Source of the DNA: Eubacteriales bacterium
GTDB lineage: Bacteria > Bacillota > Clostridia > Oscillospirales > CAG-272
DNA: 41,596 nucleotides
NCBI GenBank assembly: GCA_045656325.1
Contig: JAZOQX010000080.1
Coordinates: forward strand, 1 to 41,596
Reading direction: 5' to 3'
Under the pieces are notes generated by a model that saw only the letters and a program-made list of their open reading frames with translations, made no database searches and was not told where the DNA came from. Each line of letters starts with the position of its first letter. Positions within the stretch are counted from its first letter, which is position 1. The position numbers and the translations under genes are program-made. This document shows, piece after piece, positions 1 through 9,123 of this stretch.

Positions 1-2
1 CC

Positions 3-119
3 GAAGGAGATATTCTCACCGTTCACTACACCACGTATAATCCTTCGGCAACTGCCGACGAATTTGAGGTTCTCGTCGGTGACCAAAGTGAAGAAATCGA
101 TCAAATTATGCGCCCATGA
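3..119 (+). CDS. 3' end of a hypothetical protein running in from the left edge
   Basis: Open frame EGDILTVHYTTYNPSATADEFEVLVGDQSEEIDQIMRP ending TGA at 117-119; start lies outside the window. Confidence 0.5.
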   Translation, partial: EGDILTVHYTTYNPSATADEFEVLVGDQSEEIDQIMRP

Positions 120-515
120 CAACGTTTTACAGCTTATCATCTAGCAAGCTCCGCCCTCCAATATTGAGTCATAACCACTCATTGAGTAAAATTCTCAATA
201 GAATGTAGGCAACAATACGCCCCCCTTATCCGATTTGGGATAGGGGGGACGTTCAGTTTAAGGAAGCATATCCCCGCTAAAAATATAATGCGCTTGTAAG
301 TTCTAAACAACTTCCGCTTACTTTCACGGTATGTATACTTGCGAGTACGTCTAATTTCTGTACTTCTAAAAAAGTCAAAAAAGTTTGCAAAATTCCAAAA
401 AAAGTGTTGACTAATATAAAGGCCGTAATACACGCAAATAAAGGCCACAAGTTCAATATTTGACACGCGTTGAGGTAGTAGAGACCCCAAGGTAAGTCTT
501 ATCATTCAGACCAAG

Positions 516-554
516 ATCGGAGGTTCAACCGAACCTCCGATTTTCTTTTATTTT
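516..554 (+). terminator. Intrinsic terminator
   Basis: ATCGGAGGTTC-AACC-GAACCTCCGAT perfect stem followed by TTTCTTTTATTTT. Confidence 0.75.
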
Positions 555-596
555 CTCGCAAATCCTCGCGAAATCTCGTGTTTTTGCAAAATAATC

Positions 597-643
597 AATG
601 GGCTTGTTCTTCCCTTCTTTGAGAGTTGAACAAGCCCATTTTT
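597..643. terminator. Hairpin / probable terminator
   Basis: AATGGGCTTGTTC (597-609) pairs with GAACAAGCCCATT (628-640), followed by TTT. Confidence 0.55.
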
Positions 644-647
644 CGCC

Positions 648-668
648 TTTGACCACACGTTTGACCAC
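648..668. repeat. Tandem 9-bp direct repeat resembling tyrosine-integrase arm-type sites
   Basis: TTTGACCAC at 648-656 and 660-668 (12-bp period). The arm-site role is inferred. Confidence 0.45.
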
Positions 669-804
669 TTGCGGAGATTTTTGCCTAATTTTCGATTGAT
701 TTCGGCAATTATTCCGATTTATAAATTCGATGCACTCGGCTTATTTTTCGAAGCATCTACTATCATCGCTTCTATATCGTACGGTTTCTTCGGTTTTTGT
801 AAAT

Positions 805-1527
805 TCATCCATATTTTTTGAGTGCCTTCCAAAAACCGGCATAGGAACGGTATCCCACATATTCGGAAATGCTTTGGAGAGAAAGGCTGGTGGACTCCAT
901 CAATCGTCTTGCAATTTCGATCCTTGTGCGTGCCAGCTCCTCGCGGAACGTGTGGCCCGTACACGCGAGCACAAGGCGTTCTGTCTGTCGCTCGGAACGA
1001 TGAAGCAGTGAGGCAAGATCGGAAAGCTGAACATCCTCGGCGTAGCGGTGAAAGAAAAATTCCTGCACCAAAAATCCGTCATCCGTAATGGGAGTGGCGA
1101 CCGCCTCCGTATCCTTTTTCAGAAAGCTGTAAAAAAGAGAGATGAAGGTGCTAATGACGCCGTAGTTGTCGTGCTTCTCAATTTCGGGAATCTGACGGAA
1201 AAATTCAAGAACCAATCCACAGGGCAGAGAGTGGATCTCGATTTCGCAATCCTTGGTATCCATTTGAAATGCGGTGTGCCTGACACACGCATCTTGTTCG
1301 GTACAGCAATGTAAGGTTTTCTTTGGGATAAGAAGAAGGTCACCGTCGCAAAGATCGATCACTCTTTCTTCCACGCAAAAGCGGCATCTTCCGCCCGATA
1401 CAAGATGAATTTCGGTGTAATTGTGCTTATGCAGACGGTCGTTGGGACGAACGGTTTCCCAAAAGCCGGGTTGAATAAAGATTTTTCTCCCGTTGGGGGC
1501 AGATTGAATAAAAAGATTTTGCGCCAT
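805..1527 (-). CDS. AraC-family transcriptional regulator with cupin sensor domain
   Basis: HKHNYTEIHLV cupin motif; C-terminal HTH ...LSLQSISEYVGYRSYAGF; divergent from a catabolic operon. Confidence 0.9.
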   Translation of the reverse strand: MAQNLFIQSAPNGRKIFIQPGFWETVRPNDRLHKHNYTEIHLVSGGRCRFCVEERVIDLCDGDLLLIPKKTLHCCTEQDACVRHTAFQMDTKDCEIEIHSLPCGLVLEFFRQIPEIEKHDNYGVISTFISLFYSFLKKDTEAVATPITDDGFLVQEFFFHRYAEDVQLSDLASLLHRSERQTERLVLACTGHTFREELARTRIEIARRLMESTSLSLQSISEYVGYRSYAGFWKALKKYG

Positions 1528-1576
1528 GACATTTCCTTTTCTGACATTGATTTTTTATGGTTGTCAAATGCGTTTA

Positions 1577-1636
1577 TTGAAAACAAGCAGAAGATCTGCT
1601 ATAATATGATTATAATCCAAAATTTATAAATGTCAA
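1577..1636. promoter_or_regulatory. Opposed sigma-A promoters
   Basis: + strand TTGAAA(1577)-17-TATAAT(1600) with TG extension; - strand TTGACA(1636-1631)-16-TATAAT(1614-1609). Confidence 0.6.
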
Positions 1637-1646
1637 GGAGGAAAAT

Positions 1647-2738
1647 GTGAAAATTAACAGAATTGGAGAACCACAAGTGGTTATGAGTAATCCAAATAGC
1701 AAGCATTGCTATTTTGGATGGCCTACGGTTACAAGGCTTCAAAACGGTAAAATTGCAGTAGTGGCATCGGGATTTCGTCTGCGGCACGTATGTCCGTTTG
1801 GGAAAACCTTAATCGCATACAGTGAAGACGACGGAGAGACGTACACCGCTCCCGCTCCCGTAATTGATACGGTATTGGATGATCGCGATGGCGGAATCCT
1901 TCCGTTTGGAGACTCGGACGTAATTGTAACCTCCTTCAACAACACCACGGAGTTTCAAAGATCCTATCGGCGTGGTGTCGATGCGTACGCTTTGGCATAT
2001 TTGGATACCGTTACGGAGGAAGAAGAAGCAAGAGACCTGGGGGCAACCTTCCGCATCAGCCACGATTGCGGCGTAACCTTTGGAAGGTTGATGAAGAGCC
2101 CCGTAACCTCCCCCCACGGACCGATTGCGCTTTCGGATGGGGATCTTTTGTGGGTCGGAAGAAAATTTTCTTTCAACGATGCCGTGCAGGAGGACGACCG
2201 TATTGAGGCATACCGCATCCATGCCGATGGAGAGATGGAATACGTGGGATGCATTGATGATGCCGTCCTTGATGGACAAAGGCTTTTGTCCTGTGAGCCT
2301 CATGCGATCCTTTTGAGGGATGGAAGCATTTTGGTGCACATTCGCGCCCAGCAACGGGGGGATGGACAGGAGAGAGCCTTTACGATCTTTCAGACACGTT
2401 CCCGTGACGGCGGAAAAAGCTGGGAGACTCCCTATCCGATCCTCAGTCGCATGGGAGGCGCTCCCTCACATCTCTTCCGCCATTCCTCCGGAATCCTGAT
2501 CGCTACCTACGGATACCGTGGAAAACCATCGGGAATCAAGGCAATGTTCAGCCGTGACGAAGGAAAAACCTGGGATGTGGGACATGATCTCTACGTCAAC
2601 GGAATCAGTCCCGATCTCGGCTATCCATCGACCGTAGAATGTGCGGACGGAAGCCTTATAACGGTATTTTATGCCCATCTCTTGGCAGAAGAGCCTGCGG
2701 TGATTCTTCAGCAAAGATGGAAGATAGAGGAGGAATAA
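1647..2738 (+). CDS. BNR/Asp-box sialidase-like (GH33-like) glycosidase, cytoplasmic
   Basis: Four Asp-boxes (SEDDGETY, SHDCGVTF, SRDGGKSW, SRDEGKTW); C-terminal LGYPS; RBS AAGGAGG before GTG; no signal peptide. Confidence 0.85.
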   Translation: MKINRIGEPQVVMSNPNSKHCYFGWPTVTRLQNGKIAVVASGFRLRHVCPFGKTLIAYSEDDGETYTAPAPVIDTVLDDRDGGILPFGDSDVIVTSFNNTTEFQRSYRRGVDAYALAYLDTVTEEEEARDLGATFRISHDCGVTFGRLMKSPVTSPHGPIALSDGDLLWVGRKFSFNDAVQEDDRIEAYRIHADGEMEYVGCIDDAVLDGQRLLSCEPHAILLRDGSILVHIRAQQRGDGQERAFTIFQTRSRDGGKSWETPYPILSRMGGAPSHLFRHSSGILIATYGYRGKPSGIKAMFSRDEGKTWDVGHDLYVNGISPDLGYPSTVECADGSLITVFYAHLLAEEPAVILQQRWKIEEE

Positions 2739-2742
2739 CGAT

Positions 2743-3507
2743 ATGTATCACATGAGAAAAAGCCGTGTGCTTGAAAAAATCCGAAAGGGTGGTATTGCAT
2801 ATTCCATAAAACTGAATTTGGCAGAGCCGAGAATTGCGGAGATGGCGGCAATGGCAGGCTTTGACAGCATTTGGATCGATATGGAGCACGTACCCTCGGA
2901 TTACATTGATCTTGAAAATATGATCCGTGCCGCAAAGCTTTACGACGTGGATACCGTAGTTCGCGTAGCCAAGGGAAGCTACAACGATTTTATTAAGCCC
3001 TATGAGGCAGATGCAACGGGCATTATGATCCCACATCTGATGAGTCTCGAGGAAGCAAAGCAGATCGTCTACTACACCAAGTTCCATCCCCTCGGTCGCC
3101 GCCCCATTGACGGAGGCAATGCGGACGGTGCCTTTGGAATGATCTCCACGATGGATTACATTACGGAAGCCAACCGCGAGCGTTTCAATATCGTTCAGAT
3201 CGAGGATCCCGAGCCAATGGATGAGCTTGAGGAGATTTGTGCGCTTCCCGGCATCGACATGATCTTTTTCGGACCTGCCGACTTCAGCCATGCCATCGGA
3301 ATGCCACATGATATCATGAATGAGAAAACAAGAGCGGCACGGGCTCTCGTGGCAAAAACGGCTCGTGCGCACGGCAAAATGGCGGGCACGGTCGGCGGAC
3401 TCCAAAATCGTGAGGAGCTGATTGCTGAGGGCTTTAACTTCATCAATCTCGGTGCTGATGTAGTCGGACTTGCGCAATACTTTAATGCAATTACCAAAGC
3501 GCTTTGA
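2743..3507 (+). CDS. HpcH/HpaI-family class II 2-keto-acid aldolase
   Basis: Motifs GFDSIWIDMEH, VQIE, IFFGPADFS. Confidence 0.9.
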   Translation: MYHMRKSRVLEKIRKGGIAYSIKLNLAEPRIAEMAAMAGFDSIWIDMEHVPSDYIDLENMIRAAKLYDVDTVVRVAKGSYNDFIKPYEADATGIMIPHLMSLEEAKQIVYYTKFHPLGRRPIDGGNADGAFGMISTMDYITEANRERFNIVQIEDPEPMDELEEICALPGIDMIFFGPADFSHAIGMPHDIMNEKTRAARALVAKTARAHGKMAGTVGGLQNREELIAEGFNFINLGADVVGLAQYFNAITKAL

Positions 3508-3658
3508 AAATAAATATGGGGCTGAGTCAAAAGCTTTTAATTAAGCAAAGGGTTCAGCCTTTTGCTATGTAATTTTGCGAGTTTAGAGGGAGTGCGAGTA
3601 ACATAACCAATGGGCTTGTTCGGGTGTCTCCCAAAAAAACCAATCGCCCCCTGGCACA

Positions 3659-3700
3659 AACAACTCCCCGCCCTTGTATGGACGGGGAGTTGTTCTTTTT
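3659..3700. terminator. Terminator between convergent genes
   Basis: CAACTCCCCG / CGGGGAGTTG stem followed by TTCTTTTT. Confidence 0.65.
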
Positions 3701-3713
3701 ATACCGCATCGGG

Positions 3714-6050
3714 TCATTCACGAATCAACCGTCGGATCAGCTTGCCGTCCTTCGTCTGACAGATCAATCGCCAGTTGCCCGGCATACAAATCTCCGCCTC
3801 AAACGGAACGAGGGTGGGAACGTCATCCAATACGGGAACACCGCTCTCATAGCGCACACCGCCCAAAAGTTCCCCGCCGATCAACAGCCCCACCGCACCC
3901 CAGGCGTGGCAGGCACTGTGTTGCCAGGTAACGTTGCCGTCGTCATCGTAGAGAAACAACCGCCTCGTCTCCCAGGTGCTGGTGGCGTCGGCTTCCTCTG
4001 ACAGGGTTTCGGCATATAGATCCAGCATCAAACGGATCGCACAGGCACCCGCCCCGTGCTTGACCAAGGCGCGAACAACGGTAGAGGAGGAATAGAAATC
4101 CGCTCTTACCACTGTGTCCCTTGCTCCTTCCCCAAAGACGTTCCGCAAAATCGCCTCCGCTTCGGGGGAGTGAGGCGCAAACAGATGCAGAAGAGCCAGG
4201 GCATTGACCAGCTCGGATACGCTTTCCGAGGGGCGAGTGGGACGAATGCAGTCGATCATGCACCCCTTTTCCTCACTCCAGAACGCCTGCTTGCAGGCAT
4301 CGACAAGCCTCACGTAGAAGTCGCCGTAAAACGCCACCGCCTCCCCATCGTCCAGCAAGCGGGCAAAGCGAAGCATGATCCCCACCGCCTCCAGAAGCAT
4401 CAGGTTATCCACGGCGCAGGCGCACCCTTCCTCTCCTACCTCGTAGTCGCTTCTCTGCCCGAGGGCGTTAAAGCCCGTATCGTAATATTGCCAATACGGC
4501 ATATTCCAAAGCAAACCGTCCTCACCCAAAAAGGCGGTAAACCACCGAACAGCACGGATCATGTGGTCGTACAGATCACTCGCAGGCTTCAGGTCTCCCG
4601 TAAAATCGTAGTAATCCTCAAAGGCACCCAGCCATTGCAGACAGAAATCGGGGATCGGCGCAAGGTTGATGTTCTGATCGGGATAGCGGGAGCAGGTCAT
4701 GCCCTCGTAATCCTGGGATTGAGCAAACTGATAGAGGATCTTCCGAAGCATTCGCATATCCCCCGAAAGGTAGGCGTTAAAGCGCGCCTGACAGCGGGCG
4801 TCCCCCATCCATTGCTGCTGCTCTCGACTGGGCGAATCCAAAAAGCCGTCCTGCATACATAGCCGCAGAGTGTGGGCGCTGATGTCCCATAGCTTCTGTA
4901 GCCTCGGCTCCTCGGTAGTAAAGGAGGACATTCGGTCCATGGGATAGGTCACCCAAGACATGGAGGCGGCGCACAACTCGGCATTCTCCCCACGGAACAC
5001 CAAATAGGCGTACCGCATCGCGTCATAATTGAAAAATACCTGCAGATCGTTGCTTCCCTCACGCAGAATAAAGCGAGAGAGGGGGCGGTAGGTCTTGACG
5101 TTCACAAAGGGGCGCAGATCGGGGGTCTTGACCTCCGCAAAGATCACATCCACCACGTCCCCCTCATGCCCCTTCACACCAAGGCGTAAATATCCCGTCA
5201 GCACCCGACCGAAGTCCACACATACGACCGAAAAGCGCTCCGCCGACGAAGGGGGCGGCACCTGTAAGGGGAGGGACCGACATACAGGCTCCAGCCTCAT
5301 GGAACCACATTCCGCCTTGATGGCGTGATGCAACCGCTCCGTCAATTCCTCGGACGCCGTCACTCCCTCTCCTACGGCAATGACCGAGACCGCATCGATC
5401 CGCTCCTCCCGCAACAGGGGAATCGGACGCGCCAAGAGATTGCGAAAGGGGGAAAGGCGATGCACGTCACGGGCGCGTACCCGCTCCCAATCACCGTCGT
5501 CATAATCCGCCATCATCCAATTCTCCTCGTATCGGCGGCAGTCAAAGATCTCACAGGGTCCCTTGCAGCCGTTCACACGGGGAGCCCCGGGACGAAAGGC
5601 ATCGCACTTTTTGCAGACCCAGGACACGTCGGTCAGGATCGAGGCGTCTCCGATCCGAGCATCGAACAGGAAGCATGGGATCGAATCCATGGAATGCCCC
5701 GTGCCATAGCCGTAATATAACACCATGGCGGCAATTAGATTCTCCCCCTCCCGCAAGTATTTTCCGACGTCGATCTCGTCCACAAACTGCCAACGAGGAT
5801 CGCTCCTCGCAGGTCCCTTGGTCACGTATTGCCCGTTGATATACAAAACGTAGCGGGAATCCGCAAAGACACGCGCCGTGGCGCCCGCCTCCATTCCCGA
5901 AAGGTGGAATTTCTTCCGAAAGCAAACGTAGGAATTTTGCGGTCTGTCGTAATAGGTCTCGGTCTCCGAGCGAGGCCAGATCAGCTTGGCATTGGTATGC
6001 AAGTACCCCAACTCCTCGATCTTATCCCGAACAAATCTTCTCTGATTCAT
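3714..6050 (-). CDS. GH78 alpha-L-rhamnosidase-like glycoside hydrolase
   Basis: FRKKF and ADSRYVLYING N-terminal motifs, VDFG, catalytic-region DSPSREQQQWMGD, TWE, SACHAW. Confidence 0.88.
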   Translation of the reverse strand: MNQRRFVRDKIEELGYLHTNAKLIWPRSETETYYDRPQNSYVCFRKKFHLSGMEAGATARVFADSRYVLYINGQYVTKGPARSDPRWQFVDEIDVGKYLREGENLIAAMVLYYGYGTGHSMDSIPCFLFDARIGDASILTDVSWVCKKCDAFRPGAPRVNGCKGPCEIFDCRRYEENWMMADYDDGDWERVRARDVHRLSPFRNLLARPIPLLREERIDAVSVIAVGEGVTASEELTERLHHAIKAECGSMRLEPVCRSLPLQVPPPSSAERFSVVCVDFGRVLTGYLRLGVKGHEGDVVDVIFAEVKTPDLRPFVNVKTYRPLSRFILREGSNDLQVFFNYDAMRYAYLVFRGENAELCAASMSWVTYPMDRMSSFTTEEPRLQKLWDISAHTLRLCMQDGFLDSPSREQQQWMGDARCQARFNAYLSGDMRMLRKILYQFAQSQDYEGMTCSRYPDQNINLAPIPDFCLQWLGAFEDYYDFTGDLKPASDLYDHMIRAVRWFTAFLGEDGLLWNMPYWQYYDTGFNALGQRSDYEVGEEGCACAVDNLMLLEAVGIMLRFARLLDDGEAVAFYGDFYVRLVDACKQAFWSEEKGCMIDCIRPTRPSESVSELVNALALLHLFAPHSPEAEAILRNVFGEGARDTVVRADFYSSSTVVRALVKHGAGACAIRLMLDLYAETLSEEADATSTWETRRLFLYDDDGNVTWQHSACHAWGAVGLLIGGELLGGVRYESGVPVLDDVPTLVPFEAEICMPGNWRLICQTKDGKLIRRLIRE

Positions 6051-6062
6051 GGTATCCTCTCC

Positions 6063-7766
6063 TTATTGAATCTCAAAATCAAACAAGCGAAATTGCTCAC
6101 AGCCATGGGTAGACAGGGGAATAAAGCGAAGCCGCCTTACCTGCCAATCCACTGCGTGACGAACGAAGCGCTGATGGTTGTCCCCCACATACAGAGAAAA
6201 CCGCTCTCCATCAGAGCGCTCCCCCTCGATTCGGTATTCCCGGATGAGCGTCTGGGGAAGCTTGAATTTCGTCTGCGTCAGGGGATAATTGCAGGGCATA
6301 TTGTGATATTTGCGGTTCATATCGTTGTCGAAAACCAGGCGGATCTCTCGGATCTGACGGTCCTCGTCCCACCGATATTCAACAAACTCCCCTGCCCCAC
6401 CGATCCACAGATTCTCCTCTCCACGGTCGATGCCGTTTCGCACCACCTCGGCGTTGCACGAGGCTTGCGCGGTCAGCGCGGGGACCTCTCTTTGGTGTCG
6501 GGGAATGTAGCAATCGTCCGCCATCAGAGTTTGCTGAAGTCTGCGAATATCCACCTGCTCCACAGAACAGCCCTCCTGTATCGCCCGGGCAACCGCGGTG
6601 CCAAGCGCCTGTCCCAGAATGGCGCAGGTTGCCATCACACGGGAGGAGGAAAGAGCGGCGTGGGTCACGCTGATGTTTCTCCCCGCAAAAACGAGATTTT
6701 CAATATTGGCGGAGATCATGCATCGAAGGGGCAAGCCCCACGGACGGGGGGCAGGATGAAAGACCGTGGTAAGCCCCTTTCTGTAGTAAAAGCCCTCGGG
6801 AAAATGATCGTCCATGGACCAGCCCGCATAGGCTACGATGTCGTCAAAGCACCCCTTTGCCTCTACGTCGTTTTGCGTAACGACGTGCTTGCCCACGTAC
6901 CGTCGGCTCTCCCGCTTTCCCGGCAGAAAGCCGATCCATTCCATCTCCCAATTATCCACGCCGTGGTCGCCGTAATTTTTCATGTGGTCCCATACGCCGT
7001 AGCAAATTTTCACAAGCTCGTCGCGGCATCGGTCGGTGTCGTGAATGCAATCCCACTCACCGCCCACCTCGATCCACCAGAAATTGTCGTTCTGATCGGG
7101 AGATACGGGTGGGAGATCGGCGTCGCTCTCGAATTTATACGCCCACGGAGGCGGCGTAAAGGAAACCTTGTGGTCGGTCTCGCGGATCTGAAATAAACAG
7201 CTCATGCCCATAGTCTTTTGATCCGCCACGTCAGGGGGGATCGTCTCATGGAAGGTCGCCTTCGCCTCTCTGCCGTACATAAATTCGGCACCCGTCAGGG
7301 GAGCCAGGATCGAATCCCCCGAGCAATCAGCAAAGTAGGTGGCAGAGATGTGATGGAAGGTCTCGGCATTGGATTGCCACGCCCGAATGCTTGCGATCCG
7401 ATTCCCGTCCATGGTAGCGTCAAAGCAGCTTGTGTTCAACAAGAGCGTCAGATTTTTCTCCACCTTTGCCTTCCCGTAAAGCACGCTGTCCCAAATTGGG
7501 AATTTCAGCGCGGGATTGAGGTAGAAGTTTTCCAGAAAAAGCTCCTCCACAATTCCTCCCTCGCGTATGTCCAGCACACTGCCGCCGCTGCGGTAGGCGC
7601 CGCCGATCCACATACGGGTTTCGCTGGAGGCGTTTCCCCCAAGCACGGGGCGGTCCTGCACCAAAATCACCTTGCTTCCGTGGCGTGCCGCCGCAATGGC
7701 GCAGCAAAGCCCCGCCATGCCGCCGCCCACCACACAAAGATCGGCTTGATACGATATGTTTTTCAT
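6063..7766 (-). CDS. FAD-dependent oxidoreductase (FAD_oxidored type)
   Basis: VVGGGMAGLCCAIAAAR Rossmann motif, LGGNASSE, RESRR, AGRNIS, SSRVMATC. Confidence 0.9.
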   Translation of the reverse strand: MKNISYQADLCVVGGGMAGLCCAIAAARHGSKVILVQDRPVLGGNASSETRMWIGGAYRSGGSVLDIREGGIVEELFLENFYLNPALKFPIWDSVLYGKAKVEKNLTLLLNTSCFDATMDGNRIASIRAWQSNAETFHHISATYFADCSGDSILAPLTGAEFMYGREAKATFHETIPPDVADQKTMGMSCLFQIRETDHKVSFTPPPWAYKFESDADLPPVSPDQNDNFWWIEVGGEWDCIHDTDRCRDELVKICYGVWDHMKNYGDHGVDNWEMEWIGFLPGKRESRRYVGKHVVTQNDVEAKGCFDDIVAYAGWSMDDHFPEGFYYRKGLTTVFHPAPRPWGLPLRCMISANIENLVFAGRNISVTHAALSSSRVMATCAILGQALGTAVARAIQEGCSVEQVDIRRLQQTLMADDCYIPRHQREVPALTAQASCNAEVVRNGIDRGEENLWIGGAGEFVEYRWDEDRQIREIRLVFDNDMNRKYHNMPCNYPLTQTKFKLPQTLIREYRIEGERSDGERFSLYVGDNHQRFVRHAVDWQVRRLRFIPLSTHGCEQFRLFDFEIQ

Positions 7767-7784
7767 CTTTTCCCTCCGTCGGTC

Positions 7785-7814
7785 TTGACTTTCTAAAAGA
7801 TCCTATGATATAAT
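7785..7814 (+). promoter_or_regulatory. Sigma-A promoter of the PocR/AraC gene
   Basis: TTGACT-18-TATAAT with TG extension. Confidence 0.5.
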
Positions 7815-7880
7815 GGTATCATAAAAAGCAAAGAAATCATAGAATTTTAATGCATAAAAACTATAAAAACGGGCAAATAT

Positions 7881-8729
7881 ATGAAAGAATTGCAAGCAAT
7901 TGAAAACTACGTCGTCTACCTGATTCGGGAGTGTGGGCTTTTGGTCACGATCCACCCCATCGAAACGGAGACCCTCATTACCTTCAGCAGTCTCATGCAT
8001 TTTAACACCCACGCCAACCCCTACTGTACCCACGTCAAATCCACCAAAGAGGGATACGAGCGGTGCCTCTTACAGCAAAGAAAGGTGTTGGGAAGGCTCA
8101 AGCAGCAGGACCTACCCCTTTGCGGTCTTTGCCACGCGGGGGTCCTTGAATACGTCTATCCCCTCAAGAATGACCGAGGCGTCATCGGCTTTATCTCGGT
8201 CAGCGGCTACGCCACAAAGGAGGGGGCAAGTCGAATCCCACAGACCGCCAAGGAATTCGGATACGCCGAGCCCGTATTGCAAAAGGCATACGGCACGCTC
8301 TGCGGAACCGTACCCGACCGAGAGCGGGTCGACACCCTCATCGCGCCCCTGTGCCTGATGCTGGAGCTGGCATACCGTAAGGAGCGCGGGGAGGAGAAAA
8401 AGGAGAATGTGCTCACCCGAATCCTGCGGTATATTCAAATGAATTACAGCTTGGATCTTACGGAAGAGGAGCTATGCCGCCTGTTTGGGTGCAGTCGATC
8501 CTATTTCAGCCATACCTTTCGACGGGAAACGGGCAAGAGTTTTCGGGAATACCTGACCGACGTCCGCCTTGAAAACGCCAAACGCCTCCTTGCCTTCTCC
8601 CACCTGAACGTCACGGAGATCTCCTTCGCCATCGGATATACCGACTCCAATTACTTCTCCAACGTGTTCAAAAAAAAGGAGGGCGTCTCCCCCCGGACCT
8701 ACCGAAAAAGCCTCCGCCACGAACCGTAA
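7881..8729 (+). CDS. AraC-family regulator with PocR ligand-binding domain
   Basis: PYC..VK, CHAGVLEYVYP (PocR-like); full double HTH ending GYTDSNYFSNVFKKKEGVSPRTYRK. Confidence 0.9.
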   Translation: MKELQAIENYVVYLIRECGLLVTIHPIETETLITFSSLMHFNTHANPYCTHVKSTKEGYERCLLQQRKVLGRLKQQDLPLCGLCHAGVLEYVYPLKNDRGVIGFISVSGYATKEGASRIPQTAKEFGYAEPVLQKAYGTLCGTVPDRERVDTLIAPLCLMLELAYRKERGEEKKENVLTRILRYIQMNYSLDLTEEELCRLFGCSRSYFSHTFRRETGKSFREYLTDVRLENAKRLLAFSHLNVTEISFAIGYTDSNYFSNVFKKKEGVSPRTYRKSLRHEP

Positions 8730-8799
8730 AAACATATAGAAAACAGAGGACAGACCAAGGGGATCCTTCCATAAAGCAGGTTTTACCTGTAGGAACCAC

Positions 8800-8835
8800 A
8801 AAAGGAGTACGAACGATTTTGTTCGTACTCCTTTT
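8800..8835. terminator. Bidirectional terminator-like inverted repeat
   Basis: AAAAGGAGTACGAAC-N6-GTTCGTACTCCTTTT perfect 15-bp stem. Confidence 0.75.
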
Positions 8836-8900
8836 CACGCTCCTTGCCTGCAAGGTATAGTGTGTTACACCTTTTAGGCGTACCGTCGGGCGGTAAGAGA

Positions 8901-9055
8901 GCCTCCCTTGTGTAAAGGAAGGGTCGTGTAGCGAAACGGATGGATTGTAAAAATAAAAGTTTACCGCAAAACAATCCCTCAGCCGCCTTTTCAACTTGGC
9001 GAAGCCAACCATAACAATGCGCAGCATTTCTAAACTGATAACTTTCCCACAAGGG
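8901..9055. repeat. Degenerate REP/MITE-like palindromic element
   Basis: Nested inverted repeats CCCTTGTG(8905)/CACAAGGG(9048) and GGATTGT(8942)/ACAATCC(8971); resembles dispersed extragenic palindromes recalled from clostridial genomes. Confidence 0.5.
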
Positions 9056-9065
9056 CAATCATAGT

Positions 9066-9099
9066 TTAGCGTGATACTCCGTTAAGAGTATCACGCTAA
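9066..9099. terminator. Perfect inverted repeat, probable terminator
   Basis: TTAGCGTGATACTC-N6-GAGTATCACGCTAA. Confidence 0.65.
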
Positions 9100-9123
9100 T
9101 TTCTCGGCATTTTTGTTTGGATT

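Noticed and set aside
471-481. TGAGGTAGTAG equals the first 11 nt of let-7 miRNA
   Set aside because: Short chance match in bacterial DNA; the sequence diverges immediately after.
179-505. 108-aa minus-strand ORF
   Set aside because: No recognisable motif, AT-rich and overlapping hairpins; probably spurious.
3519-3566. GGCTGAGTCAAAA...TCAGCC as an IS end
   Set aside because: No transposase or matching second end; adequately explained as a weak hairpin after the aldolase gene.
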